DNA from: Balamuthia mandrillaris | Taxonomy: Eukaryota | Assembly (NCBI GenBank): GCA_031835245.2 | Contig: JAVKOQ020000105.1 | Span: 1 to 64,000, forward strand | DNA length: 64,000 bases | Direction of reading: 5' to 3' | Shown here: positions 10,401 through 23,092 of the stretch, in pieces | Layout of the letters: each line of letters opens with the position of its first letter | How positions within the stretch are numbered: the stretch's first letter is position 1 | The notes under the pieces: generated by a model | The model's input: only the letters and a program-made list of their open reading frames with translations | What the model was told of the DNA's origin: nothing | The model's database searches: none | Program-made: the position numbers and the translations under genes

Positions 10401-12455
10401 AAACTCTGCCCTGTTCAGGTCCTCTGCGGCCAGACCGAACGGACTGTAGGTAAACAAAACAAAACGCTTGCCAGGAAAATCCGCTGGAGTAGGAAAAGAG
10501 GTGCTGAAAATACGAGTGGGAGACTCGCACTGAGTCCAGAAGGCCTGGAGGGTATCCAACCGATAGAACCGAGGATAGTCCCTTACCAGCTGCTGAGCTT
10601 CTGGCGGGAAATTCTCTCCTGATCGAAGTGAACTAAGCACGAGCTTTACGTAAGCTTCAGGACGCAGTAGCCAACACAAGTTCATTTTACATCGCTCGAT
10701 GGTAGCTATTACTCCAAGCTTAACTATATCGGCCTTCTGTAGCAACGAATAGACACTATCCGAATTATAGCCAAAGAAGCAGTGCTGTTCTCGTAATAAT
10801 AACGATGCTGAGGAGGACGACGAAAAAGAAGAGGGTGATGATGAGGATGATGAGGACGATGAGGATGATGAGGATGATGAGGAAGAGGAGAAGGTAGAGG
10901 AAGAGGAGGAGGATGCTGGATAATGGGCAGCTGTGACATTCATCGCTTTTTCCACAGAAGCAATCCAAGTTTGCAGTTTGCTTGCTGCTACTTGATGGTG
11001 GGTAGAAGCAACATCGGACCAACGAAGCACATGCTTCTCAAAGCGATTTAAAAAGGGTGACGGCAGCCTATAGGCTGAAGTTGGGTCATGAACAGTTACC
11101 ACTTTGAAGCCTGGATGAACAATGCAAGTCTCACTTTCGCTCCCCACCGCTATGCGTGCATATTCCACAGATCCAACTTGGGTGCATCTACCATTGAGCA
11201 CATCGTAGAGGCACTCATACACGCGATGGTCCATGTTAATCAGCACAAGCACCTTGCCTTCTCGCATGCATTCCTTGATTAACAAGAGGTAGTAATGCAG
11301 CGATGCCTCATCCTTCTCGTTCTCAGCGAAACGGTTCCCTTCCAACAATCGAAACTGAGAAACCGCGGAGCAACTGTCTGTCTTCTGTGTTGCTGCTTCG
11401 TCAACGTCCCAAGTTTGTCGTAAGTTGAAGAAATGATTCAGAAGAATGTGTCGGGCTACTCCCTCTCGTGCTATAATCATCAGATGTCTTGCTGTTTTAT
11501 CCCTCAGATTATTTTGAATCAACACCATCTTCTTAACGTTGTTCATCCACTGCTCTTGCAGTCGTTCTTTCTGTTTTTCGCTGTCTTCTCCGTTTTCATC
11601 CTTAAGAGCTTCCGCCACTAGCTCTATGATCCTGGCTGACTCTTTTCTGGAGCAACCACCAAACTGTTGGGCGAAAGCATGCATGACGATGTTCTTCTCA
11701 GTGGCTGGGGTGAGCGTCCTTGGGTCGCTGTGAAGGAAGTCACGTCTCAATCGATAGGCAAGATGATAAAAATCACGAAGGCCGTAAAAGTCAGAAAATG
11801 CTTGATCTTCTAGAATGGAAAGAATGGCTTTGGCTACACGTTTAAGGGCATTATTGTAATACGTTGTGTTCAAGCCCTCTCCTCCCGCAATATCGAGTGC
11901 TGTGGTAATCAGCTCCTCTTTGTTTGGCGCTGAATGGAAGAAGTGGATCTAAATGGTGATCGATTTTTTTTTTTTTGGTTAGCTGAATAACAAGAGCAGC
12001 AGCAACAACAACTTAAGACAACAACACTAGCGCATACCGCACGGTTCATTTTTGCAGGATCAAGGGCGTAGTTGGAAAGACCAACAAAGCCTAGCCTTGC
12101 ATCCTCCAAGAGGCTGTGTAACACTTTCAAGGGAAGGGTCGGATTGAGCTCCGCCAAACCAATTTCATCTAACACAACTGTAGAGATAAAGTTCTGTTCG
12201 CCTGCCCGTGTTTGAAAGTGGGAGGCCTCGTGAAAGCAAGTGGAAATCGCTTCAGCCGAAGTGAAGCGAGAGCATTGAAACGTGAAGCATTGTAGGGCGG
12301 GAAAGTGGCGAAGAAATGGAGATATAGAACGTCTCCCACGCATGTTGTCAAATAAAATGTGCAATGAGAGAGACTTTGAAGTGCCAGATTTTCCTATAAT
12401 CTTTAAAAATGATTAAACAAAAGGTAATTATCAGCATCATCAGCATCAGCATCAG

Positions 12456-12488
<33 letters not shown>

Positions 12489-15400
12489 AGGATGATTGAG
12501 TCTTACCAATAGAGGAATTTTCGTCAGGATGCAAACAAAGGCGAGAAGCAAGTTCTCTCGTAGCGCTCTGTTTGGTGATATTCCCTCGCTAAGATTGAAG
12601 CAGGTGACAAGTTGTTTCTCTGCAAGTTCTACCACGTTATGAAACTCAACACTGCTAAAGAGGCCGTCCGATTCATGAGCGATAGTCTCCATGTATTCCT
12701 TTCGTGAGGGTCTGTCCACAAGCAGAATCAGCAAATGGATTGAAGGAAACAACAAAAACAACAAAGAAAATTGAAACGTGAAAATGCGTCTACCCAAGTA
12801 ACCGAAAGAGATAGCATATTGCCAACGATAAAATGATTGCTGTTGCTTCTGGAGTAGTTGAATCAACGTAAAAAGGGCTCTAAAATGAAAGAAATGAGTG
12901 CGGGTGGGTAAAAATAATAATAATGATAATAATAAAAGACCTCAATGTACCTTTTCTGTGGCAATTTGGTCCAAAAACCAAGGAAGCAATTCTAAGCAGC
13001 GCTTTATATCTCTAAGGCTTGTGGGACTCAAATCGGGTGCTGACTGTTCAAGAAATCGTTGAGAACGGCAAATAAGGTTCGCCATTGTCTCAACTGGCAT
13101 TGGCCTCTCTGGTCTCAAGTGCTTGAGAAGAAGCTTTTGTGCCATGGCTATTGCATATTGAACTTCATCTTCCTGCGAGAGCTTTCCAAAGTCCCATAGA
13201 TAATAATTCAGCGTTTTGGGAAGAGGGAAGACCTATTGTTGGCATCAAAGCGAGACAGAGGCGCATGAGATGGAGCAGAAGGAGGAAGAACCATCAGCAG
13301 CAAATGTGAGTTAACACAATACACAAGCATCCAAGAACGAGTTGAGGGTACCTGATAGGATATGGCTTGCCCGCCGCCAACGTTGAAAGCAAATTGCTGA
13401 TGAGTCAAGGAACATGCACGTTTACGATAAGGATTGCAAGCTGCCAGCACCGCTATGTTCCGACTAAGAGATCTTCCTTTCCAACTTCTGTCACAAAATA
13501 TCTCTTTGATAAGGGCTGAAGCCTCGCAGGTATTAACCTCATCAAAGAAAACCAAAAAGGGCGACTTCTTCGCTGCGTTGGCTTCCTTGTTGACGCTGCT
13601 TATCCACCTGAGGAGATACTCCTCAGAAATACCTCCATGAAGGTCCAATACGCCCATAGGAACGTCCATCATGTTCGCCAAAGCACGAACCAGAAAGGTT
13701 TTGCCACAACCCGTCTCACCCATCATGATGGTGGGCACGTTAGCAAGCACAAACGTTCGGAGGAGAGCAAGTTTGGCCACGTTGTCACAAGTCAACACAA
13801 AGGAATCATTGGATTCCAATCGTTTGCCAGCGCCAGTCCCAAAAATGAGGCTCAAGCAATCTAACAGAGAGGAACTCTCTCGCAGCGAAAGAAAATTACA
13901 AGTCTCCAGCTCTTCTTCGCGTGGTTTAGGAAGGCACAACGCCTCGTTTGGGGTGAAGAACAAGACGTCGGTTTTGGTGATGGTTGGGAGCCACGTCTTC
14001 TGTGTTGCTTGGACCCAAGGAAGAGGGTACATACAACTGTTGGCTTGCTTGCCCTCATTCCCATGACCCGAGTCGTCAGAGTGTTGGCTGAAAAACCACT
14101 GCCCACAAAACGCCAACAGGCGGTGTGCAATAGCCAAGAATCTCTTCTCTCCATCAGCTTTGTGGTTCTGGATGAGATGGCCTGCAATGTATGCCATTAA
14201 CTTTATAGATGCGCTCAACGCGCAATAGTTGTTGAACACGGCTTGAGCTTTGTGTGGCCAAACCAAGGCTTGAATGGCTTGGATGAAGGTAGAATCGGAG
14301 TCAGCAACGGCTGTGCTCAAGTCAAGTTTACGAAGAAGCGGGACGAGTAAGGAGGAAGTCCGGTTGTCCAAACAAAAAGGATTACAGGCGGGCTCCACAA
14401 TGGTGGTTGGCAGAAGAAGGAAGAAAGGGCTTGTCGAGGCCGCCCATATAACCTCGGTGGATGGAGCACCCTCTCCAAGCCGATGTTGTTGCCATGATCC
14501 GGAAGCGGTGGCAATGGTGTGCTGGTGAGGATAGAGATTGAGCTCGATGTTGAAGACAGAGCCATCTTGCAAGTAATATATATTGCCAACAGGATCCTTG
14601 AGCAAGCCACTGATGAGGAGCTTGAAAAACACGATGTCGGGCTCCTTGAGTCCATCACCATAGCTCCCAGAGTTCTCTACGTTGAAGTGGATAGCGTTCA
14701 GAGGAGTTTCGCCGAGATCTGTCACAAAACGCTTCATCGTTGTAGAGGAATAAAAGGTCACCATTCGTGAGCGTCTGGAAGAAAATTCCTTCGTCTTGAT
14801 GACAAAGGACTTGCCATCCCCTGGCCGACTCGACACCACCACCTTTATTGAGAGGTTATGCTGTTGAAATTGGTCTTGAATGGCTTTGCGAAGAACATCC
14901 ACGGAGATCTTGGGACATGGCTTCATGACCGTGTGCTCTGTTCCATATCCAAGCGGAGAGGATGGCGATCTAACTAAAAAGATGAGGTTACTGTCGTAGC
15001 TAGAAGCAACCTCACCGGTCCTGCCAGCAGCAAGCTTATTCAACAACCCGCCCTGCACTTCAGCATCAAGTCTCTCGGGCCACACAATGCAGAACAGGGA
15101 GTCGTCGTTCTCTTGCCGGGCGGTGATGCTGCAGCGTTGCAAGAAGAGCGAGATTTCTTCTCCCATGTCCATGGAAGCATCACACAGCAGCAGCTCATAA
15201 TGACAGGGAAGCCGCTTTTTGTAGGTAATGTAGAGGGATAGTACCTCCTCTATCCAGCATGTGTCAGCGCTACCTCGTTCGGGTTGCATCTGATCTGACA
15301 AAAAGAGTTGAAAGGGTGGAAGCTTGTCTTCTTCGTGCGTTCTTCGCTTGCTAACCGTCTTGTTGAGTTGACCAACGGCACAGCGCCGATAGACGGTTTC

Positions 15401-18400
15401 AACGTATCTCGCCACCGCGCACAACTGCAGTTCCACTGTTGGGGCTGCTATCCGCTCCTCAGCAACAGTGGCTTGTATGTTTTTCCATTCCTCAAAGGAA
15501 GGAGGAGAATGACAACCGACCAAATGAAGGACCGTGGATGCTGGCATGGCGAGCTTCTTGCTGAGGGAAAAGTGCAAGATATACAGCTCTCGGGCGGTGA
15601 GAAAGTTGAGGCCTGGAAATTCTTCTCGGTATTTTACAAGCATTCTTCGCCATTGCTGTGAAAGCCAACTCGCGGTTATAAGCAAGGGTAACAAACAAAA
15701 ACAAACAAACAAAAAACAAACAAAAGAGGACTTTACCTGTTCTTTATATCTCATTCTTTCTAATTGTTGGTCCAAAATTTTCGTAGTTGCGTCCACCACT
15801 TTCAAGTTCTCTTCATAGACCTGCATCTCGAAATGATAGAGGTCATGAACCCGCTTCAATGTCTCGTGAAGCTCCACAATACGGCGAAACTGTTCTAAAA
15901 AGCTCTCGTGGATTGAATTCTCAGACAGAATCTGAAGGTACGAAATATTGTATAAGTTTTTGTATTTGTATTTGTATTTGTATTTTTTTTTTTGTTTTGT
16001 TTTGAAAAGTTTTTTTATGTTTGGGGAATTCAACGTACCAACTTCTTCGCCAACGCGCGCAATTGAGATTCCTTGTACACAACTTGCTTAGAAGCGGGCT
16101 TCTCCACGATGGCAAAAAACTCTGCAACTGTACCCCACGCAGTCTCGCCAGTGGGTCTGCTGCGGAGGTAATAAGCTCCAAAAGAATTGAGGTCTCGAAT
16201 AAGGTGCTCCACACCAAGAAAAGTCTTGCCGCCTCTTACTTCTTCCAGTGTATTAATTATCTCTTGCATGTGCAGTCGTACCGCTCTAAGCTGCTCATGC
16301 GAAACGGCAGTAACCAGCAAAGGATGTTGCAATGCTTCAATGAAACAATCAAACCTGCAAGTTACTTCCTTGTTTGGCGAAATCAACCGGAAGAGCAGTT
16401 CTCTGACAGCCTCGAGGTCTGCCAGTAAATGAAGTATTGCCACATTCCCGTTCATTGCTTTGCGGCAAACATCTATTTCGTGCTGAAGGGTCTGAGAGTC
16501 ATTAGATGCCATCCAATGAACCACCTCCACACTGTCACGAAGCTCGTGCAAGAAGGTGAGGCAGTGCTCGCTCAAAACGGGAAGGCGTGCCAACGTATCA
16601 AGATGTTGACCAGCCTCTCTCAAGGTATGTTGCTGGGTGAGTTGGTTCATTCCTTCTATCGCATGACGAAGTGAAGCAGAATCCCGCCCTCCGTTATCCA
16701 AGTCATAGAGGCTAAACATATATGCATGATGACAAAGAGTAAGATTTCAACCATGCAACTTGCTTCTTGTTCACCGCAGCAAACTACAAACAGTACATAC
16801 CGGATGCAATCGAAGAGTAGAGTCACGTTATGGCGCAGCTTGTCGTAGTTGAGATATTTCCACAAACTCTCTTTGGCACTTGAAAGTGCTTTCTCGGCTG
16901 TTGGACATTCTTGCCTCTGAGAAACTCTGCTTTCTGGTAAAAGAACATGACTCGTACTCTCCACCTCGCAAGTTGCGTGGAAGAGAGCCAAAGCTTTCAA
17001 GTCTGCTTCTATGGTATTGCGATCAAATAGTTGTAGCACTTGGGCCAACTTGATGTGTCCTTCCACAATCTTGACATAAAAGTCGGTAACAATAAAGTCT
17101 CGAAACGAGGCAACCAGAGAGATAGCATCAAGTTGTCTAAACAAAGAGGAAATCAACATACTCCACATTTCAAGGTTACCTCGTACAAGGGTAAATGAGC
17201 TTACCTCGTTTGGTTAGCATGATGGACCCAAAGACAAAGTAACAATTTGTTTTGTTTCGTCAATGAGAATGCCAAGAGTGTTTGCTTCCCAATAATTCGA
17301 ATTGCAGGGAGGAAGTTCTGCGTTACAAGAATGTTGATACGATTGATATTGCTCCGCCAAACAAAATAAGCAAAGGGGGAAAGCATACCTTGCCAAGCAA
17401 CAGTTTGGCAGTGAGTTTGGGACGATGTTGCATCTTGTCTCGGTCTGCTTCCAAAGCAGAGACGTTGAGCTTGGATTGAAGAGCTGGTTCCCAATGGTCA
17501 AGAAACTCCCCTAATAGCGCCATGTTCTGATCGAACTCTTGCAGTGCCATGTATATCGCGTGGTCCGCTTGTATCAGATCGTTTTCAGAAAAGCCATGAA
17601 TCAGCAGCACACCCATCAGTTCCTTCATTGGAGCGATGTGGTTATGTAAGAACTCGATGGCTGGCACAACAATTGACTGGTTTTTGACAGCTGCGAGAAA
17701 GGATATAAGGCACTTGGCGCCAGCGTTTGCCAAGCGACAAAGATTACTCCAATTTCCTTCGACGTTGTTATGCTTGCTCCATCTCAAAGTGTTGAAATGT
17801 CTCTCGAGATCTATACCGTGGTCCAGACAGAATGTCCAGTATCTTTTCCAAATCTCTTTTTCGTCAATGAGCTTCTCAATGCTAACGATGGGAGCACCTC
17901 CTTCATTTTGCCCAACGCTTCTTGCAAGGATGGTTGCATAGGTGCTCGACAGCAAACATCCAATTTGATCCATTTCGAGGACGGACCATAAATAAGACGT
18001 GTGATGCTCCAACAGCTCGAACGCATCAACAGAAGGAATGGATTTGATTCTCTCCAAACCTAATAATATTGACAACTTAGAATTACTATGAACGAAGAAA
18101 GAAAGCAAGAAGGAAAGAAAAAGAAATAATAATAATTACACGTTTGTCCAACGCAACGAACAATGGAAGGGCAGCCCACTCTCAGCAGACCGAGAAGTTT
18201 TGAGAGTAAGGTCTCTATATCCACGACGTTGAGGATACTATCCGAATAACAATGGTTAAGGGAGAGAAAGAGCGAGAGAATCATCTACAATAACGAGAAC
18301 TGACCTTTGTACCTGCTTTAGGAAAGGCGGAGCTTGGTCTATCACCGTGTGTTCGTTTAGAAAGTTCCAGACTTTCAACCAAGAATCAAGGTAGGTTGGC

Positions 18401-20366
18401 ATCACAGGATTGAAACCAGCTCCAACAAAAGAAAGGTTTTCAAGCCAGCGGAGCCAGTGGGGAATGTCTTGTTGAAGGCTCTTCCAAAAGCGGCGGTGAG
18501 CACTGAGAAAGCGCATTTGCTTCTCAATGGGAAGTGCTTGGGCAAAACTTGAAGAGCAAAGTATGGTACAAAGCAAGGTCTCCACAGTTGGTTGGTGAAC
18601 AGTTGAGGTTGTAGCAAAGATCCTTTGTGAAAAGCAAATAGATATCGGTACAGAAAAAAAAAAAATGAAATAAAGAAACAGAAAAAGGGCGTATATTTTA
18701 CTAGCGCACCTATCTACCACATCAAGTGTTATAGAGATAAGGGTATCATCGCTTTCACTGCGGGTAGTATTATCAGAAAAGAGTGTGGCCAAAAATGGAG
18801 TGGCTATATCTTTGAACACCGCAAAGTAATAACGATCCCAGTTAGTAATGCTGCACAGCTCTGTCGACACAGCTGTTAACATGTCGAGCGGAGAGTGAAA
18901 GCTGTGCTGCAAGGTTAGGAGAAGGACACGCCGAATTTCTGTCCAAACTGCAGAGTATATGATCTCACTATAACAAGCGACTGTTGTTGAATGGAAGGTA
19001 TGGATGAGCTTGACCACATCTGCTCAAGTAGTGTGCACATCAGTCTTAGGGCGCAACAAAGGACAGAAAATATGTAACGCACCTTCGAAAGCTCTTCCTT
19101 GTTGCTGCTGAGCACGTGTGAGGAGCAGGAAAGCGTGAAAGAGCACTTCTTTCTCAAAAGAGAGGGAAGACAGAACATCTGTGATCTGTACGATGGAAAG
19201 CTCGCATTTCACAAAGTTCTGTTCTATTTCAGCTTCCACAGAAGGTTCGACCTTGCCTGCTGCAAAATATGCATAGCGGAACAAGGCACAATGGAGGCTT
19301 GTTCCCACTGCACACTCCATCACTTCGCGGGAGTAGCTTGCAGCAAGACCACTCCAAAGCAAAGGTAATGTGCCATGAGTAGCACAAGTCTGTAAAAAGA
19401 AAAAGTAAGAAACCAAAATCCTTTCTTTTGCGTGCTCTCTCTCTCTCTCTCTCTCGTGTCTCTGTCTGCACAATAATCATTAACCTTCAACGTTTCGGAG
19501 GTCACCAAAGGCGCGAGAAGTGAGACCACGCTCATAACCAATTCCCTAAGCTGTTGTTGTTGTTGTGCTGCATCAGCGATAGTTTTGACAGTGGTAGCCA
19601 ACAATTCGCACACAAAGGCTTCCTTGCTGCCGCTAGCACCAGCATGACAGCGAAGGTCACGGGTGGTTGTGGGAGCTCCAAAGAACTTGAGGAACGCAGA
19701 GAAGAGTTGCTTGCTCGTGTCCGTAGACTCTTCTTCGATGTAAGTCTGCAGGAAGGAGGCCAACGCTTGGCAGAGGCGTAGCGGTTTCTTTCCGTGTTTT
19801 GCCTCGCAGAGAAGGAGGTTTGTGAGCAGACGTTTGGCAGTAGGTTGAACTTGCAGCCCACGCCGAAGGCCCCAAACGAAGATGTCCTGCCGGCACAGCT
19901 TCACCCACGTCTCTTCCGTCTTCCATCGTTGCTTGCCCTTGCTCCGGATCCACACGCAGAACTTTCTTCGTGGAATGACTTGGCCACTCATTTCTGCTTC
20001 ATCGTTGGAAAGGCTGAAATCCTCAACAGGAAGAAACCCGAACCAATGATCGCTGTCAAGATGGAAGAGTGCTACGCGTTTCGGTGGTGGGTGAGCCGAT
20101 GGAGTAACGGAGCTCTGAGCTTGCTGGCCAGGAGGTACTACCGAGATGCAGACTTCACCCAAGGACGAGCTGTTGGTGAGAAAGAGGTGAAGGCACCAGT
20201 CCTGCCCTTCTTCTCTGCTCCACAGTCGCTCTACGCGTAATTGATGCTGCTCCTGCTCGCTCAGTTGCTGCTCTTCGTTCTCCTCCTCTTTCCTATTCTC
20301 CCTCTGAGTTGTGCTCAGAGATGAACCGCCAGAAAACAACTGGCGGACGAGTCCAAGGACGTCCAT
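4422..20366 (-). CDS. RNF213: RNF213/mysterin-like giant AAA+ ATPase and RZ-finger E3 ligase, multi-exon, roughly 4,500 aa
   Basis: ATG at 20366 (MDVLGLVRQ). RNF213 hallmarks occur in the expected order: SSRPGDGKS; MGETGCGKT..FFDEVN..AACNPYRKR; LWDFGKL; SLRDIKRC; NRALREN..IIGKSGTSKSL..VVLDEIGLAE..PLKVLHSLLE..GLSNYALDPAKMNR; FYGLRDFY; LYDVLN..PFLNRFEKH. The RZ finger reads CPCGHIYG/GHCGRPMEAARCPDCGRGIGGQSH (6737-6920). The last exon ends CHAFCLWTYLKTLL* at 4422. Confidence 0.93.
9091..9290. repeat. Compound microsatellite (GAA)n-(GAACAA)n inside an RNF213 intron
   Basis: Directly visible. It lies within a predicted GC-AG intron at 9029-9319. Confidence 0.95.
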
Positions 20367-20635
20367 CGCTGTTGGGGTTAACAAATTAGTTGGTTGTTGT
20401 TGTTGGTGGAATGGAATGGAATGGAATGGAATGGGGGTAGAGTCCCCAAGCCCCCTATGCTTCTCTCTGCTTCTCTCTATTTCCTTTGATGAATGATCTG
20501 CTGACGTGGATTTTTCTAACCAAGGTAAGTGTTGATGTATGCCTAAAGGAATTTGAAACATTCAAAAAATGCAGACGAAACGCAAAAATTTTATCGACAT
20601 TCGAAAGAAAGACAGGGTGAGAGCCAAGCAGAACG
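20367..20635. promoter_or_regulatory. Candidate bidirectional promoter between the RNF213-like and HisRS genes
   Basis: Divergent start codons only ~270 bp apart, with a short (TGGAA)n run at ~20407-20433. No specific element identified. Confidence 0.5.
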
Positions 20636-22082
20636 ATGAGGAGGAGGGCAAGATGCGAGCTCTCCACTGCCGCACGGGGCGGCGTGGCTTTGGTGGGTGG
20701 CGGTAGGCGCCGTTTCGCTGCCTCACCGCGGTTGCTGGCCAGCAATATCTTGGGTCCCCCGCGCGGTACCACTGATCTCTTTGGAGACGAACTGCGCAAG
20801 CACAATTTTGTTGTGGAGTCCGCGCGCCAGCACGTCTGTAAGTATGGCTTTGAGGAGGTGAGTTCTTCATCACCTTTGTGCCTCTTTTGATGTTTGCAAA
20901 CTAACGTCTGGGTTGGAAAAAGTAAGATCCAAACGCCGATGTTTGAACACACCGCCGTGTTTGCCAGGAGCTTGGGTGAAGGCTCGGACGTTGTTTCGAA
21001 GGAAATGTTTGCCGTAGCTGTGGACAAATCACAATCACCTCTTAGTTTGCGGCCAGAGAATACAGCCGGTACCTCCTTCCACTCTCTGCTTTCTCCTCGT
21101 CCGTGCTTCTCATGAGTAGCTTCAACGGACTGTTTTCTTTTGGTGCATTGTAGGGGTGGTTCGGGCTTTTCTGAGCAAAAAGGACTACGGCAATCTTCCA
21201 CAACGATATTTTTACAGGTAACCGACGCTGCATAAACCAGCCAACCTCGCGCTCAAAAGCTTTAAAATCGTAAACTTTCTCACATCCGTTATTTGTAAAC
21301 CATCAGTGGCCCTATGTTTCGTTATGAGAGACCTCAAAAGGGTCGCAGCCGTCAATTTCACCAGATCGGAGTGGAGGTTCTTGGCCCTTCTCATCCTTTT
21401 CTCGACGTTGAGACCATAGAAATGGCACACACATTCTTGCACAAGAATTTGAACTTGCACGGTCCTATTGAGGTTTTTCCCACTCTCTCTCGCTCTCGCT
21501 CTCTCTCTCTCCCCCTCTCTAATCTATCTCTCTATCTCTCTATCTCTGGTTATTCGCTCATATACTTATGTGCAATTGGATTAGTTACACATAAATACTC
21601 TCGGTAGCACCGAAGACCGACTAAATTACAAAAGCTTCCTAAAACAGTACCTTGTCTCAAAAGTATCTCTCCTTTCGTCAGACAGTACACAAAGGTTAGT
21701 GCCTCTTTGTGCCTTCCAACCTCCTTTGCATGCCACTGACATCTGTGAAGACTTGAAAGAAACGCAGAACTACGGATACTGGATTCGAAAGATCCACAAG
21801 ACCAAGAAGTATTAGCTACTGCTCCTGTGCTTCGAGACTTCCTTTCCTCCGCCAGTCAAAAACGTTTCTCTGAAGTGACGGATTTGCTCAAATTGATGGG
21901 CATCCCATTCATCTTCAATCCCCGTTTGGTCCGCGGCCTTGACTATTACTGCGATACAGTGTTTGAATTTGTGTCCGCTAGCGATAAGCTAGGACGACAA
22001 CAATCCACAGTGCTTGCTGGAGGTCGGTACGATGGCTTGGTTCAGCAAATGGGTGGACCTGAAGTCGCGGGTATAGGGTACG

Positions 22083-22123
<41 letters not shown>

Positions 22124-22573
22124 ATTATTTCTTTGGTTAACGTCGTTCAAAGGTGGGCGGCTGGTGTAGAGCGGTTAGCGCTGCTGCTAACAGAGGACTC
22201 GCTGCCAACAACACCTCGTCCAGTGGCCCTTGTCTACGCGACTTCTTCCGCAATGCCAGAGAGTGAGAGGGACAGCAGCGGCGATCTCGCCCAAAGGATG
22301 GCAAACTATGGCTTTTTGCTATGCCAAATGCTGCGGGCCAAAGGCGTCCCGGTGCACCACCACTGCCACAACCCGATGCAGAGCCTTGCAAAACAGCTGA
22401 ACCGAGCGAACAAGCTAAAAGCCAGCCACGCCGTCATCATCGGCGAGGACGAGCTACTTTCCGACGAGGTCACCATCAAGCACTTGGATGGCTCCTTGCA
22501 GCAACGTGTGCCAGCGTCTGAGCTGGTTGCTCACATCTCTGCATTCCGCAGGGCGACCAAAAAACAGCTGTAG
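20636..22573 (+). CDS. hisS: Histidyl-tRNA synthetase, bacterial/mitochondrial type, multi-exon
   Basis: Arg-rich N-terminal presequence, then [92 protein letters not shown] and the anticodon-binding domain ([14 protein letters not shown]). Confidence 0.97.
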
Positions 22574-23092
22574 TTTTAAAAAAAACAAATTTGTTTAAAC
22601 ACACACTACAATACAACATTCCGAATTTCTGGGTTTATCCATATTTTCTCACATAGAACAAGTGGGAAAAAAAGTATTTTGGAAAAACTTGAAAGTGCTG
22701 GGTATTAATAATAGCTACGAAAAGAAAGAAAGAAAGAAAGAATTTTGGTTGGTTTGTTGTTGTGTGGGTTTTTTTTGTTTCTGAGAGAAACGAAAAAGAA
22801 GGGCTTGCTGGCCTGCATGGTGGCGGTTTCTTTTTGCTAATAGTAAGGAGGAGCCAGGTCCGGACGATACTCAAAGGAAACACATCGCGACGTTGCTGCC
22901 TGCCGTGCTAACATTTTATGTTTTTTTGCTGGAACTGCTGCTGCTGCTAAACTGCAAAAGATCACAAACGCCTTCTCGGTGCACACCGGTTTGTGTTTTG
23001 CCTCATTTGTTTTGGTTGGTATTTCTGATTATTATTATTTCACGTTACAAAACAGGGAGTGCGTGAAGTTATTGAGGTGTGACGAAGACACC

